DNA from: Spirogloea muscicola
Taxonomy: Eukaryota
Length of the DNA: 64,000 bases
Assembly (NCBI GenBank): GCA_009602725.1
Contig: WELB01000013.1
Location: 1,047,566 to 1,111,565, forward strand
Reading direction: 5' to 3'
A model generated the notes under the pieces. It did not search any database, was not told the origin of the DNA, and saw nothing but the letters and a program-made list of their open reading frames with translations. The translations under genes and the position numbers were made by a program. Positions 1 to 12,500 of the stretch are shown here, piece after piece; the first letter of the stretch is position 1; each line of letters begins with the position of its first letter.

Positions 1-30
1 GCCGCGCCCGGCCCGGCCGCCACGCCCTAG

Positions 31-592
31 GAGGCCGCGTCCGGCCTGGCCGCCAAGCCGGGTGAGCGCCCCCGCCCTGCCGCCGCATTGCCCTCTGCCT
101 GTGTTTCCCGGCAACCCTTGGCTGATATGAGCGCACAGGTCTTCGACGCCCGGCGCAAGCAGGGTGAGGTCCGCAAGACCAGGTTGAGTGCGGCTGCGGG
201 CACGTGGCCGCCAGCACCGGTGGTCAGCACGTCAGCCGGCAAGCCGACACGACCGGATGCCTTTCTCAAGTAGGACATCCTCGCACCTGCATGTATCTCT
301 CCTCCCAATGCTTGGTTCTGTGCAATGCTGGTCCTGCTCGCCCTCCGCTCCGCGGCTCCGAGGCGTCCTGGAGCAGCTGACCTGCTCGCTTGCCTTGAGA
401 TTTGGGATGGGGTGTGCTGGACTGCTTTGTTGGGTGTGTGCTGGACTGATTCGTTGGGTAGTTGCTACAATGAGCAGCTGCAGCATCTGTCTATGCGAGC
501 CTATGCTAGCACTGATTTGAGGCACTCTGGGCATGCCTTGCAGGCCCGACGGCAAGGGCAAGCCTGCTGCCAAGGTGCGGCCATGGCGGTGA
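31..592 (+). CDS. Possible last exons of an unidentified spliced gene entering from the left edge
   Basis: GT/AG-bounded segments at ~31-61, 139-269 and 544-592 join in frame (...AWPPSR|VFDARRKQGEVRK...DAFLK|PDGKGKPAAKVRPWR*). No recognisable domain. Confidence 0.25.
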
Positions 593-687
593 CGGCCTCT
601 ACTGAAGCCAGACGCCTGTACCAAGTTCCTTCCCGTCCCTGATGGTTGTACAGGCCTCCGACCTCAATAGATCGACTCAGTATGATA

Positions 688-748
688 CCCCGTCCGCCCG
701 CCCGCCCGCCCGCCCGCCCGCCCGCCCGACCGCCCGTCCGCCTGCCTG
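688..748. repeat. (CCGC)n microsatellite
   Basis: Direct tandem run of ccgcccgcccgc... Confidence 0.9.
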
Positions 749-837
749 CAGAGTCTTTCAGAAGGAGATGCAGAGTACTGCTAGGAGGAGTAGATTGATC
801 TCGTTCGTGCCATCAAGCTGCAAAACTGCGTCACTTA

Positions 838-1030
838 GAAGAAGCTAAGCCGACTCATATGTCATCCTGCACCAAGGGCTGACATCTCGTCATGCATTCT
901 GACCCATCATTTCACATTGAGGTTGAGGTGGTCCAGCGTAGTACGACTGCACACTGACCCTGGCTTATTGCATTTCCAGTACTTGTTGTGCAGGTGATAT
1001 ACACTTGTCAGGACCACTCCCTTCATTATC
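838..1030 (+). repeat. Diverged ~190-bp direct copy of 1541-1730 (outer end of the inverted-repeat arm)
   Basis: gaagctaagccgactcat...caagggctgacatctc...gtgcaggtgat...ggacca aligns with gaagctagattgactcat...caagggcagacatctc...gtgcaggtgat...ggacca. Confidence 0.8.
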
Positions 1031-1510
1031 ATTACCATCAACCAATCATCAATATCGTTAACCATGTTGTTGACATCATCGACTGTATCATCGACATGAT
1101 CAACCATATCATCGATGTGATCAACCATATCATCAACGGTAATAAACAGTTGTCGGGACTTTTTTTCCAATACCAACACCATCAACCACATCATCTATGT
1201 GATCAACCATATCATCCATATTCTCAACGCTATCATAAATACCATCGACTATATCATTTTCATCATCAACTTCATAACAATTATTGTCAACCAATCTATC
1301 CAATTCTTCAACCATGGAGTCGACATCATCGACCATGTCATCGTATTATCGACCATATCATCATATGTTCAACCATATTATCGACGTCAACCATACGATG
1401 CACATCATCAACCACATTATTAACATCATCGACCATCGTATCAGTTTCATCAACTTCATCATAATTACCATGTTATCAACATCATCAACTGCGTTATCAA
1501 CATCAAGAAG
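1025..1510. repeat. Degenerate ~21-bp CAT/CAA-rich minisatellite
   Basis: Units such as catgatcaaccatatcatcga recur and generate spurious DDMVDHI and IIDxINH ORFs. Confidence 0.85.
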
Positions 1511-1544
1511 CTCATAAATTGACTCATAAGTTGACTCATAAGAA

Positions 1545-3308
1545 GCTAGATTGACTCATGTTTCAGTGTGCATCAAGGGCAGACATCTCATTTATGCATT
1601 CTGACGCATCATTCACATCAAGGTCGAGGCAGTCCAGCATTACACAAGTGGACACTGACGCTGGCTATTGCACTTTCACTACTTGGTGCAGGTGATGAGC
1701 AAGTCTTGGGACCATTTCCTTAGTTATCAATCACGTGTGACATACTGAGCTCAAGGCTCGTTCGCTCAACTGTGGCTGAGACTTGACTGCTCACAATCAT
1801 CGTAAGGTATGCATCTTCCACATTTGGGTCCATATATGTGTTGTTGCAGATGTGCGTCCTTATGACTCTTGCTCGTAGTTATGATGCCCAACGACTTCAC
1901 TTGGAAAAGCGGATTGGGGAAGTTTACACTGGGACCATATGCACAAGGCATGGCGAGTGTGAGTGCAAATCAGGTGTAATGCACTTTCGCTTGTCGAAAC
2001 GAAGCTGTCGACAACACCCCGACCCCTGTCCACGTGCATGAGCTCGGTTGTCTTAATTGCTGTGAAGCGCTGACCTTGTCAGACATTGAGTTTTGCTGCT
2101 CGATGTACCGCCCTTGTCAACGATAGAGGTGACGAGTACATCCTGAATGTCTAAAATGTTTCATGGGAAGGTGAAGAGGAATTACACAGACCGAGACACT
2201 GTCGCATAGTCACGCTTGATGTGTTGGATTGTCATATGTATGCAGCAGCAAATAGTAGGAACATATCCGGCTCGCAAGTGGAGGCGGGTCACAGTCTTGC
2301 TGACAACTGTATCAGAGGTTCATGCAATGGCATGTCTTGTCATCATGGAGTTTTGAGTGAGAGAGTGAAATCGCAATGCGAAGGCCTTTGCCTCAGCCCC
2401 ACAGACTCGTGCTGGTGTAGTCAAATGTTCGCTGTGCCTCCCGGCCCCAGGCTGCGCCTCTGGCTGCGCAGATTCGGATGCAGATGCAGTCCTTTTGGGT
2501 GTGCCCTCCCTACTTTGCGTTGCTGAGTGTCTTGAGGGATGGGAACTCCGCTGCAGGAACAGCTGATTTTCAAGGAAGAGCAGCTCTTGACTAAAGGAGA
2601 AACAGCTCTCTCAATGTAAGGCAATGGCTGTGAGAGGCCAGCCCAAAGGAACTAACCATGTCTGGACGGGCCAGAAGGTGCAAGATGAACAAAGCTACCA
2701 TCCGTTACATGTGGAAATGGATGCTCAACAATTTTTAGTCAGCAACTGCAAATTGGAATAAGTAGAGGGCGGAAAAGCGTTGCCGTGGCGGAGCCCCGAG
2801 GCAGCAGCCAAGGTGAAGCCTGCCCGAAAGTGCGCGAAAAAGCCCGAGGAGCGCTGCAGGGAGATGTGAAGGATCATCCTGTGCACCTGAGTAAGCGATT
2901 CGACGGCGTTGTAGCCGGCTGCTCGTCTCCTGTCCACTGTTCCATGGGCTAGCTTTTCACAGCCTCCACCCCTTAGGAGGAGCCCCCCTTTGACCAAGCA
3001 GCTAACTTTCTGGTCTGGCTCACAGCCCTCGGCCTCTACTGGAAGACTGCCTTCTTAGGAAGCTTGGCTGCGGGTCACAGCATGCCACGCAGGCTGCCGG
3101 AGCCGCGGGAGCCCAAAGGATGTCCGTTGGGGTTGCGCGCGCGAAAAGGAGGGCTCCTCTGTTGTTTCTGGGCTGGCCTATCCCAGCCACCGGCCTCTCC
3201 TGGAAGCGTCTTTCCCTCAGCCCCCCTGCAGCGTGACGCTTAGCAGGGAAATCCTCAACGAGCATTCCCCCGTAAGCTAGGTAGGAATGGAAAACAGCGC
3301 TTCGCAAG
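1545..3308 (+). repeat. Left arm of a ~1.77-kb inverted repeat (partner 39797-41572)
   Basis: Colinear reverse-complement match along its length, e.g. ttgactcatgtttca at ~1551 vs ~41551-41565, and cagcgcttcgcaag at ~3295 vs ~39797. Confidence 0.92.
2626..2935 (-). mobile_element. 5'-truncated CRE-clade non-LTR retrotransposon tail with 3' hairpin motif
   Basis: HRMILHISLQRSSGFFAHFRAGFTLAAASG...YSNLQLLTKNC* aligns without gaps to LRRRVSACLQRAQAHALHQKAGRALAGSS...VSDLYVLTRGY* at 42.2-42.3 kb. The motif lies ~75 bp after the stop. Confidence 0.75.
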
Positions 3309-3499
3309 GCAATGGCTGTTGATGGCCAGCCCAGAAGAGCCCAAAATCCGCTCAACCCATACGCCGTTCCGCCCATGCTCCGCCCAAACTCCGCTGGCAC
3401 GGATTCAGCGGGCTTTCCGCTCAAGCCTTGTCATGTCAATATCTCGATGAAAGAGTCTTACGAGCTATGTTCCCTTCTTCACTCAAGCGATAGTGCTGG

Positions 3500-5440
3500 A
3501 TCAGGCTTGCGCCCATTGGCCAAGATTCCCCAGGGGCAGTCACTGTGATGTCGCTGCTGTGCTCGTCTTGGACACAAGCTCCTGCTACCTATAAAGAGGG
3601 CGTACTCAGCAAGAGCGCTGGTGTACTTTGCTCGTGTCGCCGTTGTAGTACTGTACAGTTGCACGTACGACGGTATTGTGGGGCTAACTGCTGACACACC
3701 TGATGATCTCACGTATTCAGGGGCCTCGGTGCCTTTGTCAATAAGTGCTACGTTCGGCGAAACCCTCATTTGGCGCAAGTGACACTGGCCACCTCTATCA
3801 TTCGCCGAGTGTCCACAAATTTAAAAGCAGCAATGTAAGCTACGAGAGCGAAGTGCCTTGTCACGCCTTCCTCTTCTCGACTGGCAGTGTTATGAGGTCA
3901 TGCTTGCAGCTTCTTTGCGCCTGATCTGCAGGCCTCAATTCTGGATGTCATACTTGAAGTGTGCAATGTGGCGCTCGGCGCCTCGTCCGCGTAGCAGGGT
4001 CTTGTGTTCTGCTCAGTTATGCATATGGATGCGCTATTACACGAGCAAGCGTTGAAGTCCAGGCCATTTGGGTTGATGAGGTCGGATGACGAATTGACCT
4101 GAACAGTTGAGTGCCGTGTCCTCACAAGGCGAGATCTGTACATGGCGGGGTCTGAGCTTTTCTGGCCTCTTCGAATTTTGCTTATCCCTTTTACTTCCGG
4201 CTGGACCTCCTGCAGCGGCTTGCCCGGCAGGGCATCGATCTGCGATCGGGTCAGTCAGGGGAGCTGCCGGGCTTCAACGCTGCCGGCTCGCTTGCGCAGG
4301 TCTTTCGCATGTGGCTCTCCGTCTCTTTCCAGCGCTCCCTGGCTCACGCAGTCCACTAGCGAGCAGGTTGCGCTATGGCTGCTGCCTCTGGGTCTCGACG
4401 GAGTGCCTCTTTCCCAGCAGCGAGTTAGTCGGACTTGCTGCTACTCACTCGTGGGTAATGTGCTCCAATCTGCGGTCCTGTAGTGTCTAGCTGTGTAGTT
4501 ATTCACTTCGGCAACTTTTGGCTATTTGGACCTTGTCCATTCTTTGGGCTGGCCTTTCCCAGCCCCTCCCCTCTGTTGCGAGCAATTCCTATTTTCTTGG
4601 GCTGGCCACTCAGCCATCACCTTTTACTGGAAGAGTCTTCCTTTATGTGCTACTGGACGAGTACTCTAGGGAACTCAACACTCTTATCCGGACAATCTAC
4701 CTCTTCGCAGAGGTGGGGCACGTACCATTCCCAGTGGAGCCCGGTTTCTCTGCTGTACCGTTCGATATGTCGACTGAATTCTTGAAAGTCCAGAATGGCA
4801 ATCTCAATACTGCGGGAAAGCAATGTGGGATGTTCAGTCGCTGTAGAGTGCGTCTACCTTTTCCTCCAAAATATATAGGAGGCTGTGGAGTGCAAGCTCA
4901 CGACCAAGAGTCGGTACCTCCTGCCGCGAGCATGACTTGTATTGTATCCACACAGGAGCTACTGTCTCAAGCTTGTTGGGCTTGCCAATTGGCTGTGAAG
5001 AGATTCATTCGCGCAGCAAATGTCCCCAAGTTGGCTTTCAGTAAGCTTGAAAACTTTCAAATGAGAGGATGTTCACTGTCGCTTGCCCAAAGCACCTGCG
5101 TCATCTTAGGCTGCGATCACGAGATTCTTTGGCCCCCTTCAATGTGACTTCGTGCTGGTTTACTTGGACAACATGCTGATGGTCGATGGGGCACCGGACG
5201 ACCACGTGGTGCACCTGCAGCGGGTGCTGCAGCTGCTCCGTAAGGAGTTGGTCGTTTACCAAGAACTTGCATGTGTCAGCCGGAGCTGACATGACTTCTG
5301 GGAGGTTTCAAGAGCAGGCCCGACCTTCGGTGGAGATTGCCCAGAGGCTGCAGAAGGCTGCAAAAGGGCTCATGCTGACCAACATCGGAAGGTTGTGTCC
5401 TTCGACGTAGGTGCTCCGGTGCTGTTGAGCTCAAAGCGGA
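3500..5440 (+). mobile_element. Heavily decayed Ty3/Gypsy pol relic (pre-protease region, PR, RT and INT fragments)
   Basis: Nucleotide similarity to 33400-33900. RT remnant CDFVLVYLDNML...DHVVHLQRVLQLLR at ~5143-5245; INT C-terminal remnant at 5310-5435. Boundaries approximate. Confidence 0.75.
4195..4565 (+). mobile_element. 5'-truncated CRE-clade tail inserted in the Gypsy relic
   Basis: Reads RLDLLQRLARQG...SLAQVFRMWLSVSFQRSLAHAVH*RAGCAMAAASG...SDLLLLTRG*, followed by the motif tttgggctggcctttcccagcc at 4544. Confidence 0.8.
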
Positions 5441-5699
5441 ACGTGGGTATGCGCAGATAGAAGAAGAAAAGACGCATTCCGGAGAGGGCGGTGGCTGTTA
5501 GAGGCCCTCCAAGAAAATGATTATGAAATTTCGAAGGGGCCAGACAAAGCGCTAAAGCACACAGGGCATCAGATAGCTACGAATCACTCAGGAACCCCTG
5601 GTGGGCAGCCGCAGGTCGGAGAGACTAGTCTCCGGGTAGCGGGTCCTCTGGCCAGGGCCAGAGGCTGGAGCCAAGGCGCGACCGGCACGCAGATGCAGC

Positions 5700-7160
5700 G
5701 CGCGTCCCACTTGCAAGTCTTTTGGGCAATCCACACAAGTAGAGGCCCTCCAGCCCCCAGAGCAACAAAGCGGAAACATAGCGGACAACCAGTAATTTGG
5801 ATGGCGGGCAAGCTATGCCAGCAAGATCAAACAGCTAACGTACGTCTAACGCTAACATAACTGACCAATAAGCTAACGTAACATGTGATTGCTCTCAGTG
5901 GCAAGGGTGAGGCACTCACGCTTCCCCTCGAAGTGGGCCTTGTCCTGGCCCGTAGGGCGCTGTGGACGTTGCCTGGAAGAAGAGGGACCTGCCGCCTGGC
6001 AGTCCTTGATCTGATGACCCTCGTCGCCGCAGCGAAAGCAGCCACCACCTTTCACTCGCGGTTTCTGTAAATCGCCTTGAGGACAAGCGTTCGACCCCTC
6101 CTTAGGGAAGAACCTCTTTTTGCCCCGCTCTGCCTCTGCAGATCCACCTGCCTCTAGCAGGGCACGCTTGCCCCGCCCAATGTCTGGTGTGCTGAGCACC
6201 TTCCTTGTGTGCTCGATCATTTTGGACAAGTCCACGAATGGCTGCGACGTGGCGGTATTCACCGCGACCCACGTCGCATGTTGGGGGGCAGCCCAGCCTT
6301 GATTCGCTGGCATTGATCCACAGTCTTCATATGCTCGCTGTGTAGCTTCGAAACCAGCAGCCTGAAACGCCGCAGTTATGGTTCGAAGTTGTGCCGCTCA
6401 TGCGGATGGCATCCAACTCGTCGCGAGCACGAAGCTTAGCATGGATATCGCCGTAGGCCGCCATGAGTGAGCAGGAGAAGTACGCCCATACGTTGTACAC
6501 ATCGGGGGTCGTGGACTGCTTGAGGGCGTCCCACCACTCACGTGGCTCCCCCTCAAGATAGGTCGCAGCGAGCGGCACTCTTGCCGTCATGTCCGTTTCC
6601 ATCAAAACGAACCACTCGGCCATCTCGCTGAGCGACGACTGCAGCCCACCCCGGTCATCCCGACCGGAAATTGCCTTGGTGCGTGGGCCCTGGCAAGTCC
6701 ATGCGCAGGGTTGCCACTGCTCTTGCGCATCGACCCCTAGCATATGCCGCTCTCCGGCGCGCAGCCGGGCAAGTTAGGCGTGCTGCTCCCTGCACACCCT
6801 CGCAAGGAGGCGGTATTGAGCTGGGTCCATAGCAGACTGGACTGCCTTCAGGTCCTGCGCGAGGAGTGCCATGCGTTGCACCTCTCCAGCCGACAGGCCC
6901 TCTTGGCCCGCGGCTCCCAGCTCGGCGTGCCCCTCATGGGCTTGCTCCGCAGCTGCCACTGTCTCAGCAGCTGGCTCCGCAGCAGCCGCTGCCTCAGCAG
7001 ACGACCGCTCTACCTCCCATGGAGGGCGAGGCCGCAAAACTGGAAGTGTGCGACTCCATGCTTTCCGAAGAACACTGAGTGATCATTTCTGGCTCCGGCA
7101 ATCAGCATATCACACACTCCATCCTGAAATACAGGACATCGCAAGACTAGTGCACCAGCG
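5700..7160 (-). mobile_element. Gypsy family B fragment: gag with CCHC knuckle and start of the downstream domain
   Basis: RVPLAATYLEGEPREWW and CFRCGDEGHQIKDC; homologous to 19730-21040 and 33100-33300. Confidence 0.9.
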
Positions 7161-7309
7161 AGTGGTAGAGTCGCCGCCCTCTGGGCGGTGCCTCAGGGTA
7201 AGACTTCCGCTGCGCCATGTGCGCATATGTGCGTTGAAATTCTCCTGTATGAGGGTTGTCTCCAAAACACCCTGTGTCCGAACCCCAAAGAGGACGTTCT
7301 AACCCTATT

Positions 7310-8280
7310 TGTAACGATCCCGCCGTTTGATTAAGCTACACAGTGCTGTTAGCCAAACATGACCGCTAGCCGTTTGACGGCAAGTGGCCCAGCACTTGGC
7401 CGTCCTTCTGGCCTGCAAAGGGCCCGCCCAGGTGCGTGCCCCGCCCGTACTTAAAACACTCCTCGCCAGGATCACCCGTTCAAGGGAGGATCTTTGGCCC
7501 GCCGCAAGGCAGGCAATGGAGCGACCGGCTCACACCCCAGGAGGGGGGGTGGCACGGGGGAAGCACTACGAACCTTGGGCTGAGACCCAACAGCAGTTCG
7601 GACATGTGAAGCTCGAGAGCAGCCGTGCTGCTGGCTGCCGCCGGTGGCCGCACCCTGCTGCGGGATTTGCTGCGGGGAGTCCGTGGCTGCGCCCCTTGGG
7701 AGACAGCCGCCGGCTTGCGCCCAGGAGGTGGAGCCGCCGCCGGACGGCGGCGCCACAGGGCCTGTCTTCCGCTGCGCCTATGCACTAGTGCTTCACTGTG
7801 TAGTGAGTTCGCTCCTGAACCCCTACAGCCGAATTCAATAGGACAACTGACCCCTGGTTGTGTATATAAGGGCGAGGTTCCTCACATTTGATATCAGAGG
7901 CGGTCTTGCTTCCATCGGGCTTGTGATTTATTGTACTCGCCGCTGATGATGCAAGGATTGTCCATGTGCTGGCTTGACCTCTTCTGTTAAGATAAAGTGC
8001 CTTGCCAGACGTTGGTCCGCGAGGCTGCTCAGCGGAAGCGTTGGGTGCTGAGTCATCTTTGCGCAGTGAGCCAGCAGCGACTCAACGCCAATCATCGACT
8101 GCCGGACTATCCTTTGGAGGAGAATCACCTGCTGCGTATCACCAACTTGAGGTGTGGCTTGAGCCTGCAGCCTTTGTGTGGTAAAGCTTAGTCGTGTGGC
8201 CAGCATCGGTCGTGTGCATCGGTAATGGTCATGTCTGCGGCTGTCTGCCTGCCTGCTGTTGGAGGGATGGCTTAGCGCGC
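7310..8280 (+). mobile_element. Family B 5' LTR (7310-7886), PBS and leader, inserted in another LTR
   Basis: TGTAAC...CTCACA followed by tttgatatcagagg (tRNA-iMet PBS variant); similar to 32149-32985. Confidence 0.88.
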
Positions 8281-8304
8281 TGCCTTGCTCGGGGCGCTGC
8301 CATA

Positions 8305-9545
8305 TACTCACAAAGAGGCGGCGGGGTTCGCAGCGACGAGCTGCGGCGACGGGCTGGGCAGCAGGCGGCAGCAGCAGAGCTGTGGCGGCGGCTGCAGCAG
8401 CAGGCAGCAGCGGGACTGTGCCTCTCTTGGCGTCACGGGATCGACTGAGGAGTCTGGCCTCGGCCTACTACTGATAGCGTTCCATCTGCCACCCACCCGC
8501 GGGTGTGACGAGGGTAGCCCCCAAGGTGCTCCCCTGGAGGGGCGGGCCTAACGAATGGGGATACGAATCCAGGGCTCTGGCGTGTGCCGCGCGTGGCGCG
8601 TTCCGCGCGTGGTGAGTGCCGTGCGTGGCGCGTGCCGCGCATGGCGCGTGCCACACGTGCCCAGGGCCTCAGCCCGTACTTAGCTACACGTAGTGCGCGA
8701 AGTCACCCGTACCGTTTAGGTTACCCAAACGCTAGATACAATACGCTCATCTTAGGTTATGGCACCTTTGACACTCTTATACAGAGGGAACGTGACGAAC
8801 CTCCCCACTTAGATGTTCACGTCCTCCGGTTCAAGAAGGGAGCACTACAGGAGGTCGACTCATGAGGAAAAAGCCCAGTGGGAAGATACTCGACAACGGA
8901 GAGAAGAGGCAATGCCTCCTGTCAGATACTCGTGACCGAGAGAAGGACAACTGGCAAAATGGACCGCAGATTTCTCATGATATGTATGTGCTCAGGCGCA
9001 CAGCATAGCCATTTGAAAAGGTACGTACGGGACTTACGACGCCCACGGAGATTGTCCCGGAGTGACAAAATCTCCTCTACTTGATACTTCTCCTCGTTGT
9101 CAAGAACGAGGGGATGTTTGGGCGGTTGGACACGGCCATCCGAATGGTATGGCCCGAGTTGAGACACATTGTACTGGTGTATCATGCTCGTATGCGACCT
9201 TGCCGACCAGGCGCATTACACGAAGGGGTCTTACCCACTTTGGCAGCAACTGTGCGGACCCATAGCCCGCAAGGCTAGGTGCTTAGTGCTCAATAGCAGT
9301 GGGGCACCAACGTCGAAGGACACATTCTTGCGACGTAGGTCATTATATTGATTTGCCGGTTGTGAGCAATTGTCCAAAATTGCTTAGCCCTCCGCTGAGC
9401 CTCCAGGAGGTCACCATAAAAAATTACTGCGGCCGGCACGCACTTCGGCCTTCCCATCTGCAGATGCAATCGGGGATGCTGACATTCAGGAAGAAGGGTG
9501 TTTTTTGGTAGTCATGCAAGGCGTTGTTCACAGCATACTCGCTGC
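8305..9545 (-). mobile_element. Partial 3' LTR, PPT and chromodomain/integrase remnant
   Basis: The LTR matches 27590-27990. Coding remnant NVSQLGPYHSDGRVQPP...EKYQVEEILS...YLFKW. Confidence 0.85.
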
Positions 9546-12500
9546 AGACGACAACGACACGGCTGGGGCGGCGGCTGCGGCAGCGGGCAAGCAGGTGTGC
9601 CTGGTGTGGACATTTGTATTGTCACGACTTGTAAGTCGGACAAAGAAGCTCTACGGGTTTTCAACCGCTCTTAAAATTCCTTTACAAACACCATCTTCCA
9701 AAGCAACTTAATCAAATCATCAAGTAAAAGGTAAAACGACAAGGGAAACGTCACTGGTCCGACTGAGCAGTCTGGCCTCGGCCTCCTACTGATAGCATTC
9801 CACCTGCCACCCCTCCCCCGAGGGTCTCCGGAGGGTAGCCCCAAGATCCGGCTCCTGGAGGAGCGGACCCGAACAATAGGGATACGACTGCCGCGTGCCG
9901 CGCGCGGTGCGGGCTCGCTTGGCACGAGCCTGACGAATTGGATAAAAGTCCAGGGGACTGGCGCGTGCCGCGCGTGACTGGCGCCTGACGCGCGTGACTG
10001 GCGCGTGAACGGCGCGTGAAGCCGCTTACCAGTATCGTTTGGCTCCAAACGGGGGGACGTTATAATCCTCCCCACTGAGATGGTCACGTCCTTGAACAAG
10101 GACACGCTTTCGGAGGAGACAACTCGAAGATTACTTTCGACGGGTGCGTCCACTACTACAACGCAAAGGAGTATTGTGACCCTGTGCAAGATATTACGCA
10201 GAACGGACGGACGATTGGCAAGATTGGCCAAAGGTTCCCACGTATTGTGCTCAGGCCTATAGCCTAGCCACAGTACAAGACACTCTTGGGACTTACGTTG
10301 CTCACGGAGATTGTCGCGGTGAGACAAAATCTCCTCCACCTCATACTCTTCTTCATTTTCAACGACAAGAGGAGGTGGGGGCTGTTGGACACGTCCATCC
10401 GAATGGAACGGCTTGAGCTGGGACACATGGAATATTCTGTGGAATGTCCATTGTACCGGGGTATTCAGCTCAGATGCGACCTTGCCGACAAGGCGCACTA
10501 CACAAAAGGGTCCAACCCACTTCAGCAGCAGCTTATGCGTACAGCCCTACAGCCCGCATGGAAAGATGCTTTGTGCGTAAGAGCACTTGAGCACCCACGT
10601 GTAAAGGTGCTCAGGGATGCTGACCGTGATTAAGGAAGAAAGCGTGTTTTTCGGTGGACTCATGAGGACGGTGTGCACAGCGTAATCTGCTGGAGCAAGA
10701 CACTCATCCCAGTAACTTTGGCTTGGGTTTACAAAGTGCCTTAATATGTCCTGCCAAACCCGATTGCTCCTCTCCGTCTGACAATCCGCTTGGCGTTGGA
10801 AAAACATGGACATGGATTGCTGGGTGCCAATTAGCCTGCACACCAAAACATAGAAGTGCCCCCTAAAGCGAGGGTCGCAGTCAGACACGATTCGGTCGGG
10901 AACTCCGTGCAGTTTGTATACTCGATCCACGAATATACCAGCATATTCCTTGGCTGACACCTTTGTGGTCGTAGGCACAAGTGCGCCATTTTACTTCGAC
11001 GACCCAGAAATACGACAATGGCTTCACAGCCGTTCCGCGTCATTGGCAACTGGGTGGTGAAATCCACACTTACACCAGAACAGTTCCTTGGAGGAATCTC
11101 CAATGATTGGAGTAACCCGGCAGGCTTGTGAGCGTGCCTTACTGCGCTGGCAGGTGGCACAAGTCTTCAGACAAGACTAGACTTGGACTTTGTCTTTCCC
11201 AAACCCACATGACCACTATACGGAGGCTCATGCAGCTTTTGTAAGATACTGCTGTGCAAGGCATTGCAGTCGAGGACTACAGTGGCTTCACCTCGCCACC
11301 AGAAGCCTTGTTGATTTACTACTGTGCTTGTATTGCTTTATTGGCAAACCATGGGTCTGTGCCATACCCATTACGGATACGCACCTAGAGCCCAGAGAGG
11401 TTGGGCGGTGGACTGCCGAGCAGCTCCACGAGTAGGCCGCACGTCTGCTGTCTGAACCCCTGAAGCCTTAAGACAGCCGCCATAACAGCCCCTGCGATAT
11501 TACGTTTCACCGATTTGCAGCATTCCTACTTCCAGGGCAGTACACGCACTGGAAACGAAACGTGGCCATGCACTTAGCTCACCGAGCTTGACGCCTGCTC
11601 AACTGCTTTTGTGTGTAAAAGTAGGTCAGCGGGCAATGACCCGGTACAGTCGTGGATTCAACACCCACGAGATTGCATCGCCACACTCGTCTGGCGTGCA
11701 CAACAGCAAGGAGCTATTGCTGTAACGCCCCTACTCGTTACGTGACGTTTAATCTTGGATAAAACGCTAATGCGTAGTAATGGTACGCGGCCCAGTATCG
11801 TTAGACTCCCGCGCCCGACTCACGCGTGCGACTCGTGGGCGACGCGCGACGTTGACGCGCGGCGCGCCAGAGGTGGAGCTGCTCGGCGGTCTGTCAGCGG
11901 TGCCGCCGTCGCATCGCCGCCGCACCGGCGGAGCCGCCGCCGTATCGCCGCCGCATTGCCGCCGCACCACCAGTGCGGCCAGCGTATCGCCGCCGTATCG
12001 CCGCCGCACCACCGGTGCGGCCAGCGCATCGCCGCCGCATCGCGAGGTGCTACCGGACTTGTAGTGACACGCTTGTGACGCGTGTGGCGCCGCGACGCCG
12101 CCTGGCGGCACCGCGCCGCGCAGGGCGGCGCCGCCTGCCCTCACAATTGTATCCCCCTTGTCGGGCCCGCCTTCTCGAAGGTGGGCTTTCAGGCGAGCCT
12201 CCTAGAAACCCCTGGGGAGAGTGGCACTATGAGTAGGGCTGAGACCAAACTCGGGGTACCCGGTCCAAGTCAGCAAAACCCACGCGAGAGATTGGCGCGC
12301 AGTCCTGCTGCTGCCTGCTGCCGCAGCTCGTCGACGCAACCCCGCTGCTGCCTGCTGCTGCAGCCCGACGCCGCAATGCGTCCTGCGGATCTTCAACGGC
12401 TCTCCTGAAGGTAGACTGTGGCTACTCCCTTTGGAGACAGGTGCTGGCCCGTATCGAGAGTTGAGTTGCCGCTTGTCGGCGGCGCCTCAAGGCAAGGTAT

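Noticed and set aside
907..1517. Asp/His/Ile-rich ORFs
   Set aside because: By-products of the 21-bp minisatellite.
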